A stretch of DNA of 63,579 bases, counting the filler, from Collodictyon triciliatum (lineage: Eukaryota): the NCBI GenBank assembly GCA_043381765.1. It is 4 parts of 3 records of this genome, joined end to end, with 100 filler letters (N's around TTAATTAATTAA, not from the genome) between each part and the next. Parts side by side here need not be neighbours in the genome. Positions count along the whole stretch, not along the records: positions 60,781 to 63,579 come from JBHJMP010000895.1; 3 more parts are not named here. The stretch is one strand, 5' to 3'. The notes beneath the pieces are model-generated. The model had not been told where the DNA came from. It worked only from the letters and a program-made list of their open reading frames with translations, and searched no databases. Below are positions 62,483-63,579 of the stretch, in pieces (the first letter of the stretch is position 1; each line of letters opens with the position of its first letter). The position numbers and the translations under genes were made by a program.

Positions 62483-63528
62483 ATCAAGATTCTGTTAAGC
62501 CCGAGTTCTGTGAAAATTCCCCCATCATTCATTTTCTCCAGTACATACATATTATTTTTTTTTTGGAATCTTTATGTCCATACAAACAAACGAATCGTTC
62601 CCTTTTGTCTTTCTCTCTCTTTTTTTTTCAAAAAATAATCGATAGAGATAAAACATTCACCACCATAACCAGTTACATTCTATTATCTCTCCATCTCGCT
62701 TGAAAATTATTTCACGTATTGATAGATATTTTGACTGAATCAAGTTATAAAACAAATATTCCAAAGTTCTCCCAGCACAGCTATTTCTCATATAAAACTC
62801 ATTATTATCATTATAATTATTATTGAATTTTCACCTTTACTTTTTCCAAAACAAATTAAAATATTTACCTGCAAATTCGCCTCAGCTACATAGTAATTAT
62901 TTCAAAATTACTTGTTTGTTTATATCATATTATTTTTTTTTGAACTCTAACACACAGCCAAAGTTCTCAGAGCTTCCAGTGTTGCAGCCAAGATTTTAAT
63001 TAAATTTTTATCATCATTCGCGAGCCGTGGGACTTTTTCTACGCGGTGCAAAACTTTTTCGGCTCATCGACGCTTGAATACTTTCCCATGCAAAATGTGA
63101 TTATGCCGGTACAAAGGGAGTGTTATCGGGAGCTTCTTTGAAGATTTTGTTTGCAAAGTAACCAAGTATCCAGTTTTTGTTGAGGCGAATATAATCTAAA
63201 TGTGCTGACAATTATTTCTCTTCTCTTTGGTTTTGATAAAAAGAAAAAATCATCTGGAAGGATTTAGTGCAATCAAGTTTGAAGCCGTATGGCAAAGATT
63301 TGGATATTGTCTAAGGACATTTTTTTCGTTGTCTCTTCAAATTGTGGTATTATTGTGAAATACCTTATTTTTTGTGTTGAGAAGATTTTTAATCGCAGAA
63401 AACGCCGCAATATCATCTTCGGAAAACGGACTGTGCGGTGTTTTATTCAAATGCGCACGAAAAAGAAATGAAAACATGAAAGAAAAAAAAAAGACGAATC
63501 AGAATTCCGAGCTGTGTTTGAAAGTTTC

Positions 63529-63566
<38 letters not shown>

Positions 63567-63579
63567 CTGTTTTTTTTTT

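Noticed and set aside
62990-63460. 3' end of a minus-strand gene (RAHLNKTPHSPFSEDDIAAF...)
   Set aside because: Coding-like but truncated by the window end, with no identifiable family; insufficient support.

Overview
AT-rich, intron-dense eukaryotic DNA, most likely an amoebozoan-type protist (inferred from the hybrid histidine kinase, Frizzled/cAMP-receptor-like GPCR and FKBP15 homologue). It is read with the standard genetic code and short GT-AG introns. The window is not one locus: three artificial 100-bp spacers (N44-TTAATTAATTAA-N44 at 11558-11657, 35600-35699 and 60681-60780) join four separate scaffolds, and there are further sized N gaps. Scaffold 1 carries an FKBP15-like gene with large repeat insertions and a FAM21-like LF-acidic tail. 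Scaffold 2 carries a coiled-coil gene with ABBA and KEN degrons, a peptide:N-glycanase fused to an L-type lectin domain, PRPF4, CPSF2 and a 7TM GPCR. Scaffold 3 carries a nearly intronless receptor (signal peptide, 14 WD40 repeats, Cys-rich stalk, multi-pass membrane domain), an intronless GC-rich PTGR/CurA-type oxidoreductase, a Ubl-PH-PH protein, a tyrosine phosphatase, a hybrid histidine kinase and a Methyltransf_16 gene. Scaffold 4 carries an Mpv17/PMP22 gene. The most striking items are the receptor with an apparently extracellular, HET-E-like variable double WD40 propeller and the PNGase-lectin fusion. Exon boundaries were read by eye and are approximate.
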